Assembly: GCA_002269645.1 (NCBI GenBank)
Contig: NIVC01000173.1
Location: 372,001-436,000, forward strand
DNA length: 64,000 nucleotides
Reading direction: 5' to 3'
Source: Macrostomum lignano
Lineage: Eukaryota
How positions within the stretch are numbered: position 1 is the stretch's first letter; each line of letters opens with the position of its first letter. Of the stretch, positions 12,527-23,146 are shown piece after piece. Below the pieces are notes generated by a model, which was given only the letters and a program-made list of their open reading frames with translations, had not been told where the DNA came from and did not search any database. The position numbers and the translations under genes are program-made.

Positions 12527-13139
12527 CTAGTCAGCTTCCGGGTCCTCCGACTGTTCCTCAGCGCGTTGGTCACTTGCTCGCTTGACTTTCAGGAGCTCGC
12601 TGCGCAACCGCCAAAAAGCCAACTGCACTCGCGAGGGAGGTACGTGCATGGGGACTTCACGACTCGAATTGGGAATGACTGGCTGCACCACGTCACGTCT
12701 ATAGTTTTCTCCGCCACGCATTCCCTCTCAACCGACCTGTCAATGACTTTGTCAGCAGGTCCTACTCGCTGAAAACGGCATGCACGGAACAGTGCCCTGA
12801 GCACAAGCCCCGTGCGTTTTGACGGCGGACATACTGTAAGAGCGCGGAGTAGCTGCGGGCCGTGACCTGTAGGAGAAGGGGTTGAATTTTGGGCTGGAGA
12901 GCAATAATAGACTTTGCATCTACATCTGTTACAGCCGCAGTGGTACTTGACGGCGTTTCCTCCGCCAGCAGCAGCACCATCAAGTCGCCTGTCCCGACAG
13001 GTCGTGAGATCACTCCGGCGCAGTCACTGGTGGCCACGACGATGCGGCAGCTTTTATGGCATCAGCGAGCTGATAGATGTCGCTGAGCTGCCGCATCACA
13101 CCCTCGTCGGTTGCCACGAGCACGGTCCTGCTGGGCCTG
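12527..13139 (-). pseudogene. Decayed two-exon coding remnant with a BEN-like domain
   Basis: Acceptors at 13139 and 12866. Frames splice to ...RGLVLRALFR/AVFSE*DLLTKSLTGRLRG..., resembling the BEN core (LLRAVFxxEELxxxSLTG). In-frame TAG at 12764 and frameshifts. Confidence 0.45.
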
Positions 13140-13704
13140 TGCAATTAGCGTGTGGTACTTTATGACGAGGAGTGTTTTAATAGTAGCAATTAAAGAGCTT
13201 CAAATGATCCTGTATGAGGTGAATTAGAAGGGCCGTGCCGATCACACTGACCCAATTGGACAAAATGACAGGGAAAACACTGGGGAGCAGCAGATGACAT
13301 GGAGCGGACAAAACGACGACACATTGGACAAAATGACTTGAAAGAAATGGGGAGCACGGGATGACCTAAAGCGGACAAAATGACACATAGGACAAAATGA
13401 CCCACCGGACAAAATGACCTGCCAAAAATCTTAAATTATATACGGACTGCTCACACAAACTACTTTCTCGAGAGGCATGAGGAGTGCTTAGTGCTCCTAA
13501 GTAGCTACTCATAAGTTTAGAGAATAGAATAGTAAGCTTTAAAATTTTAATAGGATTAACTTTTAGGGGCCTTCATTCTCCATTCACTCCCCGTTTACTC
13601 CTCTCCCTTTTCATCTCCGCCTTCTTTTTCACTGGCCTGCCTACTCTGTGGAACTTTAAAGGTTGAGTGAGAGTAACTTCGGATGTACGCATGTGTGTAT
13701 CTGC

Positions 13705-13725
13705 CTGTGTGTCTGTCTGTCTTAG

Positions 13726-13794
<69 letters not shown>

Positions 13795-13837
13795 TAGTGT
13801 CTGTCTGTCTGTCTGTGTGTCTGTCTGTCTGTCTCTG

Positions 13838-13889
<52 letters not shown>

Positions 13890-13890
13890 A

Positions 13891-13941
<51 letters not shown>

Positions 13942-14013
13942 AGTCTGTCTGTCTGTCTGTCTGTCTGTCTTAGTGTCTGTCTGTCTGTCTGTGTGTCTGT
14001 CTGTCTGTCTCTG

Positions 14014-14074
<61 letters not shown>

Positions 14075-14114
14075 TAGTGTCTGTCTGTCTGTCTGTGTGT
14101 CTGTCTGTCTGTCA

Positions 14115-14170
<56 letters not shown>

Positions 14171-14230
14171 TAGTGTCTGTCTGTCTGGCTGTTTGTCTGT
14201 TTCTGTTTGTCTGTGTCTGTTTGAGTCTCT
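13705..14230 (+). repeat. (GTCT)n microsatellite, about 520 bp
   Basis: Direct reading. Confidence 0.97.
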
Positions 14231-14499
14231 GTGTGTCTGTATGTCTATATGCCTGATTCGGAATGCAAAGTACTACGCAATGAGGATTAATCATATAAAT
14301 TAATTTAAAGTCTTGGTTATGATTGGCAATACTCGTAGTAGTGGATCGGTCATTATTACTAAGTAGAGCTACTAAGTATTGGAAATAAGCACGGTAGATA
14401 GCTATGGAGCATGGACATTGCACTAATATACATTTAAGTAGACATTATATATTACATTGATAGTATATAGACAATAGTTTGTAAATAAATTTCGTTAAC

Positions 14500-14606
14500 T
14501 CAAATTAAAAAACGCTCCAGGCGCTGTCTGCAGGTCATTTTGGATGCTTTCATTATCATACTCAGAGCATGGCGAAACTCTGGAGTTTGTTTGTCATCGC
14601 TATGCC
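14500..14606 (-). pseudogene. PWWP-domain exon, 3' part (SDDKQTPEFRHALSMIMKASKMTCRQRLERFLI*)
   Basis: Removing the Gypsy and one TSD copy restores a continuous frame EHRH|SDDK.... The helix resembles the C-terminal helix of MSH6/ZCWPW-type PWWP domains. Confidence 0.7.
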
Positions 14607-14801
14607 TGTTGTGTCTTGATTTAATATTTAATTACTTGTCACTGAGACTACATAAACTAGTGTCTATGAGCCGGACCCTTTTTTGCAGTTAATTTCGCAA
14701 TAAATACAGGGACTCGGTCCCGGCGTCAATAGTCAAGACGCAGCTGAGCTGAATTACGCTTGCTAAAAAAACGATATTTGTTATCCACGAGATATAACAA
14801 C

Positions 14802-14816
14802 TGGCGACGAGGATGG
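14802..14816 (+). promoter_or_regulatory. Primer-binding site TGGCGACGAGGATGG (tRNA-Ser(GCU) 3' end)
   Basis: Starts 3 nt after the 5' LTR; complementary to the ...CCAUCCUCGUCGCCA 3' end of eukaryotic tRNA-Ser(GCU). Confidence 0.8.
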
Positions 14817-17800
14817 CCCTCAACAACGTGAACCCGCCAGCCCCGTTTCTGCCAGCAAGCGGATCGCCGGCAGTTCCATGGAATCGATGGCTCGATGCTT
14901 TCGATATATATTGCCAAGCCGTGCAAATCTGGACTCCAAGGCCAAAAGGAGAAGAAGCTCCGAGTCAGGAGGCTATGCGCCTGCAAACGGTGTGCCGAAA
15001 CATGCTGCTTCACTTGCTCGGTTTCGAAGGGCAGCGGATAGCTAAGGCTAGAAATGCAATTGCCGATGAGCAGACCTTTTGGCAAACTCGTGATCTGCTG
15101 ACGACTGTATTCGGTGACCGGCCGAATGTGATGCTGGCGCGCCACAGATTCCGGGAAAGACATCAGCTACCTGGAGAGGACGCAGCCACCTTTGTCGCAG
15201 CACTGCGAGAGCTGTCAGCGACCTGCAACTACGGTGTCCTGGTGGACGAAATGATTCGTGACCAGCTGGCCCAGAGGACGAGCAGCACCCGGATACGCGA
15301 GCGTCTTCTGACGGAGGACGCGGCTACGCTGACTCTGGACCGTGCCATCACGATCGCAACGACCATCGAGGACGCAGCAGCAGGAAGCAAGGCGATGGCA
15401 GCCACAAGCTCGTCAGGAACAGTCCAGGCCGTTCAAGATGCAAAGCCTCGGGGCCAGCGCGGCACTCCGGCCAGCAAGAGACCCCAGCGCCAAGCCGGAG
15501 GGTCCTGTCTGCGATGCGGCCGTAGCCATGACGCGAAAGTGAAATGTCCCGCTCATGGCAAGAAGTGCAACAACTGCGGCAAGCTCAATCACTTCAGTCG
15601 ATGCTGCCGCAGCAAGGCTCTGCAGGTCAGCACAGAGGACACGGTTACGATTTACTCGGTGCACGGCAATGGCGAGATCAGAGTCGCGTTACAACTGGGT
15701 GGCAGCCAGAAGATTGTCAACCTGATGGTCGACTGCGGGGCCAAGGTGTCCCTGCTCAGCGAAGCCACAGCAAAGACTCTAGACAACTTGGAGCTAAGAC
15801 CTTCAGCAATGCAGCTAAAAGCTTACGGCGGAAAGCAGATCTCACTGGCTGGGATTGCAAAGGTTGCCGTCAAGCACGAAAGTCGGGAGCTGCATCACGA
15901 TTTCTATATCTCGAGGTCGGGCGAAAACATCATTGGCCGTAACCTAATGGAAAAGCTAGGATTCCGGGTACAACTGCAGCCTCCGGAGGTTGAAAATAGT
16001 ATCGCCTGTGTAGACATAGCGGAGGAGTTCCCAGCGGTTTTCAGTGGTCTAATCGGACTCTGCAAAGGGGCGGTGCACAAGCCGAGAGTAAATGCAGCTG
16101 TGCTACCAGTGCAGCAGCCGCTACGCCGCCTTCCACTTGCAAAGCAACAGAAAGTAGGCAATGAACTTGACCGCATGGAGGCAGCGGGCATCATTGAACG
16201 AATAAACTCCAGCCCGTGGATATCCAACCTGGTTGTTGCAAACAAGAAAGACGGCAACATTCGAATCTGCATCGACGTGCGAGAGCCGAATAAGTCGCTC
16301 GTAATCGATCGACATCCGATGCCTCAGCTGGACGAGATTTCGGCAAAGATCAAGGCAGCAAGTGGCCGCGTATTTTCAAAGATCGATCTCAAAGCTGGCT
16401 ACATGCAGATGCAGTTGCATGAGGCATCGCGTGACTACAGCATTCATCACGCACCAGGGGTTGTATCGGTATTTGCAGAGTGCCGTTCGGCTTAGCGTCA
16501 GCGCCAGCAGCCTTCCAAAGGATGCTGGACGACTTAGTAGCCGGACTTCACGGTGTCGAACATATTCTGGACGATTTCATTGTTTTCGGAGCAAACATGA
16601 CTGAACATGATTCAAGACTGCGAGCGCTATTAGGGCGTATGAACGACGCTGGCCTAACGGCCAATAAGGACAAATGCCTGCTGCGCAAGACGGAGGTAGA
16701 ATTTTTCGGCTTCATCTTCTCAGCCGACGGTATTCGACCTTCAGAGTCCCAGACCAAGGCATTCAGCCAGTTGCGCTCACCGTCTAACCGGAAGGAGCTG
16801 CAGGCGTTCCTAGGATCTGCAAACTACCTGATGCGCTTTGTACCCAATTTTGCTGAAGTCACAGCGCCTCTGAGGGCCCTACTGAAGGGGGATGCGGAGT
16901 TCGAGTGGTCGACGGACTGCGAAAGAGCATTCCAAGAGCTAAAAGCAGCAATCTGTAATCCACCGATCCTGGCGCATTTTGACCCAGAGGCCGAGACGAT
17001 TGTCACCAGCGACGCTAGTGCGGATTCTCTCGGTGCACAGCTATCCCAGGTCCAAGACGGCGTCGAGCGTCCAATCGCCTTTGCCGCCCGAGCCTTGACC
17101 GACACCGAGAAGCGATACGCTGCAAATGAGCGGGAGGCATTGGCCAGTCTGTGGGCCATGGAGAAGTGGCACTACTACCTATATAGGCGTCACTTTGAGC
17201 TGCGAACAGACCATCAAGCGCTACGTCAACTACTGTTGGGACCTAGCGGTACGGGACATCGGCCGCTGCGCATCCACCGCTGGTGCGACAGGTTTCAACA
17301 GTACGATTTCCACGTAAAATATCTGCCAGGCAATCGGAACTTCGTGGCCGACATGTTGTCAAGATGGAGCTGTGGGTCGGACATGAATATCGTACAGCTA
17401 CTGGACACTGCGATGCCTCGAGTGCGAGTAGTAACACCTACCCAGCTAGCGACAGCCACAGCCGAGGACACGGTTCTGCGCGAGGTGATTCAGCGAGTGA
17501 CTAGCGGCAACTGGGGCTCAACGAAGGACACAGAGTTGCATCCGTTCTTCAAAGTCAGAGAACACCTCAGCGTTTGGCAGGATGGCACCTGCCTGGCTTT
17601 CCAAGAGCGAGCAGTCATTCCACATCAGCTGCGGCGTAACCTACTGGAATCGGCGCACACCGGACATCCGGGTGTGGTTCGCACTAAGCAGCAGCTCCGC
17701 GAGTTTGCCTGGTGGCCAAAGATGGACTGCGACGTCGAAATGTTTGTCAGAAACTGCAGTGCCTGCGAGACCGCAGAAAAGAATTCTAAATTGCGACCGG

Positions 17801-18777
17801 CTCCTCTGCAGCCTCTGCGGTGGCCAGATAGGCCGTGGACACAGATTGCCATCGACATCGTGGGTGAGCTACAGGCAGCACCAGCATCGTCACGATTCCT
17901 TCTGGTCATTACGGATCTGCATAGTAAATGGCCGGAAGTATTTGCAACGTCAAACATCACCACCGAGACGATCTGCAAAGTCTTACGCAGCCTGTTCGCA
18001 CGCTGGGGCCTCTGCGAGACGGTGCTTACCGACAACGGACCGCAGTTCGGCAATGCGCTCACGGGGTTCCTGCGGGAGCGCGGCATCCAGCACCAGAAGA
18101 CCAGCCCGTACCGTCCGAGCACGAACGGTCAGACGGAGAGGCTCAACCGGACTCTGGTAGACAGCATACGAGCGGCCAGGGCAGAGAATGTCCCAATGCA
18201 AGACGCGTTGCTGCAATTCCTTGAGACCTACCGCAGTACGCCGCACGCGCTGACTGGCAAGAGTCCAGCAGAGCTGATGCTAGGAAGACGTTGGCGCACT
18301 GCACTGTCTTTACTGGCTCCGTCTAAGGACACTACGGCGGCACGACCAGATATCGCCCAGCGAATTCGGGAGAGACAGCAGCGAACGGCAGCTTATACCG
18401 ACCGGCGGCGGAAGGCGCGACCACCAACATTGTGCGCCGGTGACTGGGTTCGAGTGCGTCGTCCAGTGCGAAACGGGAAGCTGGGGACGCGGCTCTCTGG
18501 ACCACTACAGATCGTGAAGACAACGAACGCCGTGTGTAGGCTAACGGACGGCAGCACCTGGAATCAGCAGGCGCTTGTACCAACGTCTCTGCGGCCGAAT
18601 TCTGAGCCACCAGGGCCAAATGAGCTTGACCCCCTCGTGGACATTCAAAGACAACAACCTGCACAATGCGGGGGAGAGACCAACGTTCAAATACCAGGAC
18701 CAGCCTCGGGACCTGCGACTCCACCGCTGAGACGTTCGAACCGTCAACGGCGACCGGTGCAACGTTACGGCTGGTGA
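14813..18777 (+). CDS. Gypsy gag-pol polyprotein, frameshifted in RT near 16440-16480
   Basis: Two Cys/His knuckles (CLRCGRSH...CNNCGKLNH), protease VDCG, RT HILDD, RNase H TSDAS/TDH, integrase HHCC plus D-D-E (AID, TDNG, TERLN). The reading frame shifts twice within about 40 bp. Confidence 0.93.
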
Positions 18778-18784
18778 ACCTTTC

Positions 18785-18797
18785 GGAGAGGGGAAGA
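18785..18797 (+). promoter_or_regulatory. Polypurine tract GGAGAGGGGAAGA
   Basis: Immediately precedes the 3' LTR. Confidence 0.9.
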
Positions 18798-18991
18798 TGT
18801 TGTGTCTTGATTTAATATTTAATTACTTGTCACTGAGACTACATAAACTAGTGTCTATGAGCCGGACCCTTTTTTGCAGTTAATTTCGCAATAAATACAG
18901 GGACTCGGTCCCGGCGTCAATAGTCAAGACGCAGCTGAGCTGAATTACGCTTGCTAAAAAAAACGATATTTGTTATCCACGAGATATAACA

Positions 18992-19311
18992 ATGCCGATG
19001 CTCTTTCAATTGGTGGACCGTACTGACCCAATCACGGGTAGGAGGATCATCAAAAAATTGGTCGTGCACGCGGGTGTTGCTAGTTGCACTTTGACCTTTC
19101 GGTGGCAGGCAGACCATAGCAGGTCACCACAATTTCCCGCATTGCCAATAAGCGAATACTAGGTCGCCAGGCCTCAAAACTGCTTTCTTGCTCAGCTTAG
19201 CTGGCTGGCATTCGTCTTTGGCAGCGCGGCGTCGTCGTCAGTGCAGGACGTGGCCGTGGCGGAGGCGCTGCTGGTGCCCGCGGCCGTGGCTGCCGGCGGA
19301 TTGGATCCAGC
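18992..19311 (-). pseudogene. PWWP-domain exon, 5' part; interrupted by the Gypsy insertion
   Basis: PGDLVFAYWQCGKLW*PAMVCLPP...RVHDQFFDDPPTRDWVS matches the PWWP consensus (GDLVWA...WWPAMV...HVQFFxDxPTRxWV). The second Trp is TGA (19126-19124). Confidence 0.75.
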
Positions 19312-19867
19312 CTATAGAGGCGAAGATTAGATTTAGGAATATATGATTTCGGTAGAGGCTTTATTCATATCAGCTCAATAGGAAATTATAAATATTATAA
19401 AGATGTGATTGAGTGAGTACAAAAATGTCATCTTAACTCACTCGGGCAGTTGACTCCTCCACCATATAAGGCTTAATATAAGGCTTACAATGGAGAGATA
19501 AGCGCACAAACATGCTTAGAATATGACCTGCGTAGACATTTTATAGATAGCTAAGATGCTTACCTTTGTTTCCACGAACACACGAAAGTTAGCGCACGTG
19601 ACGTTAGCCAACAGCGGTCCGAATCTTGTTCGATGTTCTCTGAACATGCCTTCAAACCCGCCATATTTAAATTTGATGAAGGTTCGTTGCCGTTCAATGC
19701 CGCTCCTGCAACTTCAGCTTCACGATGCTGCAGCATACGAAGCAGCAGGCTGCGACATTCTTGAACGTTCACCTTGGGGGCGCCAAAGTACGCCATTGTT
19801 TGTGCTTAGCAACCTAAATTAAAGTAAACAGGATGCGTAGGGTGAGAGGCAGTACTAGCTACCATGC

Positions 19868-20140
19868 GGAACCGATAGGTTCTGCATAGGCTGGACAAAA
19901 TGACCCGATATGCTCTGCATAGGCTGGACAAAATGACCCGATAGGTTCTGCATAGGCTGGACAAAATGACCCGATAGGTTCTGCATAGGCTGGACAAAAT
20001 GACCCGATATGCTCTGCATAGGCTGGACAAAATGACCCGATAGGTTCTTCATAGGCTGGACAAAATGACCCGATAGGTTCTGCATAGGCTGGACAAAATG
20101 ACCCGATATGCTCTGCATAGGCTGGACAAAATGACCCGAT
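19868..20140 (+). repeat. 33-bp minisatellite (ATAGGCTGGACAAAATGACCCGATAGGTTCTGC)n
   Basis: About 8 tandem units; shares the GGACAAAATGAC motif with a dispersed cluster at 13258-13420. Confidence 0.95.
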
Positions 20141-20303
20141 ATGTTTTACATATGCACCCAGTGCAGTAGCTATAGAACTAAATGAACGAATTGGCTGCGT
20201 ATTAGACACGGCGATTGTGTGAGTTTGAGGGCGATTGTGTGGGTTTGAAGGCGATTGTGTGGGTTTGAAGATATCAAAAAAATCAAAGTCAATGATGGCT
20301 CAC

Positions 20304-21450
20304 CCATACTCTTTCTCCGGGTCTTCCACCCATTGCCGTACTTTCGTCTTCCTGTAACGTACAGTTACAGGCAACATCCTGGCGGTTTGCATTGCCATTG
20401 CCGAAGCATATGGTCATGCCGAAGGCCAACATGGAGTTGTCCCCAATTCCGTCATCGGCCTCGGCTTTTGCCAGTAGATCAGTCTTCATTGCCATCAGCG
20501 CAGCAACCTGATGGTCGCTTATTAGTCGCGCATGCTTCCTGTCCTGTAGATAAAAATATTTTACAATTTTTATCTTAAGTTACGATCCCGTAAAATTCAC
20601 TCCTGTCTATTTTTTTATGAACAAAATATGAAGAATCCAATTAATACTCTACTCTCTACTCTAATAGACATAAGCTAAGTAACAATAATGAGGTGAATCG
20701 CTCAATTACTCTCATTAACTAGTAGTAGCTGTTACGGAATTAGTGTATAGATTTTGCAAGTGAGCTTTTGGAGTGATCTATGCATTTAGTGTGATATACG
20801 TAAGTAAGAAGATACTAAGTAAAAAGTCAGAAGTAAGAAGTCAACTTAGCCTTACATTCAAACTAGCCTTGTACAATTTCTTCCACTTGCAATAATACTT
20901 GGTCCAATTCGAGCAGCACAACGCGGAAGCTGTCCAAATGATCGCGGAGGCCAAGGGCTGTAATCTGGCTCAAATTGTTGGCCATGAGAAAATCGGCCAC
21001 CTTTCTCGGAGGCTGCTTACAGTCTCTTTGAGCACGCCAAATACCTTGACAGTCAGCAGTTGGGCAACCTGTTAGAGTGTTTGGGGTATGATCACAATGT
21101 ACAGTAAGTAAATTTACTTTAAGTAGATAAGTTTTACATTTATATAATGTCCGATTTCTAAAATAATTATTAGCAAAATCTATAAAAAACAGTTCAAAAA
21201 CTCATTTACACGTATCTGTTCTACTCTTTGCTCTTCTTCTTAGCTTGTCAGCATGTGACTAAAATTGCTTCATTCAAGTTATTTACAATGTTTTGTTAAT
21301 ATTAGTTAAATGTTTTGCTTATCAACTCTCGCTTTGATTCGTGAATGACTTCTTCAAGAGAATTGACTTTGATTTCGCCCTAACGCCTGGCGCAGAAGAT
21401 GCTTCGACGTAGGAATACACCCACCAGCAGACAGGGCCTCGTCCATCAAA
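20304..21450 (-). pseudogene. Three decayed exons (about 21450-21330, 21068-20880, 20543-20304) upstream of the PWWP exon; product uncertain, possibly tyrosine-recombinase-like
   Basis: GC-rich blocks with AG/GT boundaries and protein-like translations (LKETVSSLREKVADFL; ARLISDHQVAAL; VTVRYRKT) broken by frameshifts. Confidence 0.4.
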
Positions 21451-22412
21451 GACAGTGTTGTATCCCTGCAGCCCCAGCCTGGCAGCTGTACGGTGGGTAC
21501 TACAGAGTACAGTACTGAGTAAGAGCGGGTCCTTGCTTAGCCTGCGCGCGGGCGCTAGGGCGAGCAGTTCCCAGAGTCTGGAGCGTCAGGACGCGCCCAC
21601 GCAGCCTTCCCACGCGTCGGGACGCAGTGGTGCTGGCCGCCTTCAGCGAGGCGTCGGGACGCGCTGGCTGGCGTAACAAAGTGTGTACGTACGGTATGTA
21701 CCCTTCCGACGTCTCCCTTTAATCGAGCTGAGTCGGTGTCAGGACACACGGACTCTCTTTCGCCCCCTAATAAGGAAGGCAGAGTACGCACTTGCTCAAC
21801 TGGTGGCTGTCGCCCAGGGCCGGTACGGGATGGTGGCCTCTTTCGGTTTATTTTGTTTGAAGCAGTCGTAGCCTTGCAATATGGAGCCGACTAGCTCGCG
21901 AGCTGATTGACTTAAAGTGACTTGAGTAATCAGAGGAGACACCGCTCCAAACCGCCGCGAGAGATGCTAAATAGCGCACGCCCACGGAGGGGGGAGAGCC
22001 ACACGCTCACCACCCCACCACCCACCACCCCACCATCCCCAGCCAACCACCCCGCGCGGGCCCGGCAGCACCAAACCCCGCCGCCGGCTCAGCCAATCAC
22101 TACACGGCTGGGCTGGCTCATACCAGTAAAAACGAACCGACTTAAGCCTCTGGCTGCGGCATACGCAAAGGGGGTGATAACAAACGAAAACAACATGAGT
22201 GCAAACAGGGGTGACTCAACCCGTCAGGGAGGCAAGGTGCACTTGCACTGCGAAAGTGCACGACACAACACCAGGACAGCACTGAGGACGCTACCATTTA
22301 AGCCATACCTGGTGACGATTGTCTGCATTACAACAGCAAAGCTACCGTATGTGTGTCCACTTCCTGGGCACACGGTATCATGCAGTCTCGTCTCGGGTGA
22401 ACTTCATCAGAA

Positions 22413-23146
22413 CTGCTGCTGTTGTTGTTGTTTGCGGTGAGCATCTCACAGGGGCCGCCAGTCGACGGCTCCCAGGAGCTGCGCCACCATATCACCACGT
22501 GCAAAGTCGCTCAGATTAGTGACGCCGATGTTGCGTCGAATTGCTTCGAGCTTAGGGCAGGTCCAGAGGTGGAATTGGTCCGGGACATCCAGGCAAAGTC
22601 GGCAGGGGCCGCCTTCGGTGACGCCTGTGCGGTTGCGATAGTAGTTGGAGTCAGGGCAGTGGCCTGCTCGGACCTGCGCCACGAGGATTTGTTGGCGGCG
22701 TGGTCCCTGATGGAAGGAGATCGGTTTACCGTAGACCTCGGCCATGTGCCCTTGAAGGGTTGGGCGGTACTTGAGATGATGACGGATGCGCTCTTAAGCG
22801 GCTGCAAGGGATATTTCGGACTCGTCCTGAGGCAGGGTGGCCGCGAGCTTGGCCTCTGCGTCGACCAGTTCGTTTCCAGGCACTCCCGAATGTCCCGGAA
22901 CCCATTGCAGGGTGATCTTCGTGTGCATGGCTGCGTTAGCGAGGAGATCTTAACTTGCTCAAGCCGCAGGTTGAGGGTTGGACGGTCAGCTTTGATGGCG
23001 GCGATGGCGCTCTGGCTGTCGGTTAGAATGACGGCTTGGCGCGGCTCGGAGCTGATAATGTCTTCCAGGGCGAGCTTGATGGCCATTAATTCGTCTTCAT
23101 AGGAGTTGCACCAGCGACCCGCTGCTGCGTGCCCGCGGCGACGGAA
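22413..23146 (-). mobile_element. 3' fragment of an RNase H-bearing LINE (A2): partial RNH, Cys knuckle, (CAA)n(CAG)n tail
   Basis: CNSYEDELMAIKLAL...ILTDSQSAI (RNH E and D residues); QVRAGHC...CRLC...HLWTCP; stop at 22446; tail at 22413-22430. Confidence 0.8.

Larger units (their letters stand above)
14607..18991 (+). mobile_element. Full-length Ty3/Gypsy (Mag-like) LTR retrotransposon, recent insertion
   Basis: TG...CA LTRs at 14607-14799 and 18798-18991, identical except one A in a poly-A run; 5-bp TSD ATGCC (14602-14606, 18992-18996); PBS and PPT present; gag-PR-RT-RH-IN order. Confidence 0.98.

Noticed and set aside
15413-18762. Antisense and alternative-frame ORFs within the Gypsy and LINE elements
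   Set aside because: Expected by-products of GC-rich coding DNA with no independent signals.
21455-21600. NACHT/NLR-like motif (LSKDPLLLSTVLC)
   Set aside because: No Walker A/B motifs nearby and the frame is full of stops; one short motif is insufficient.
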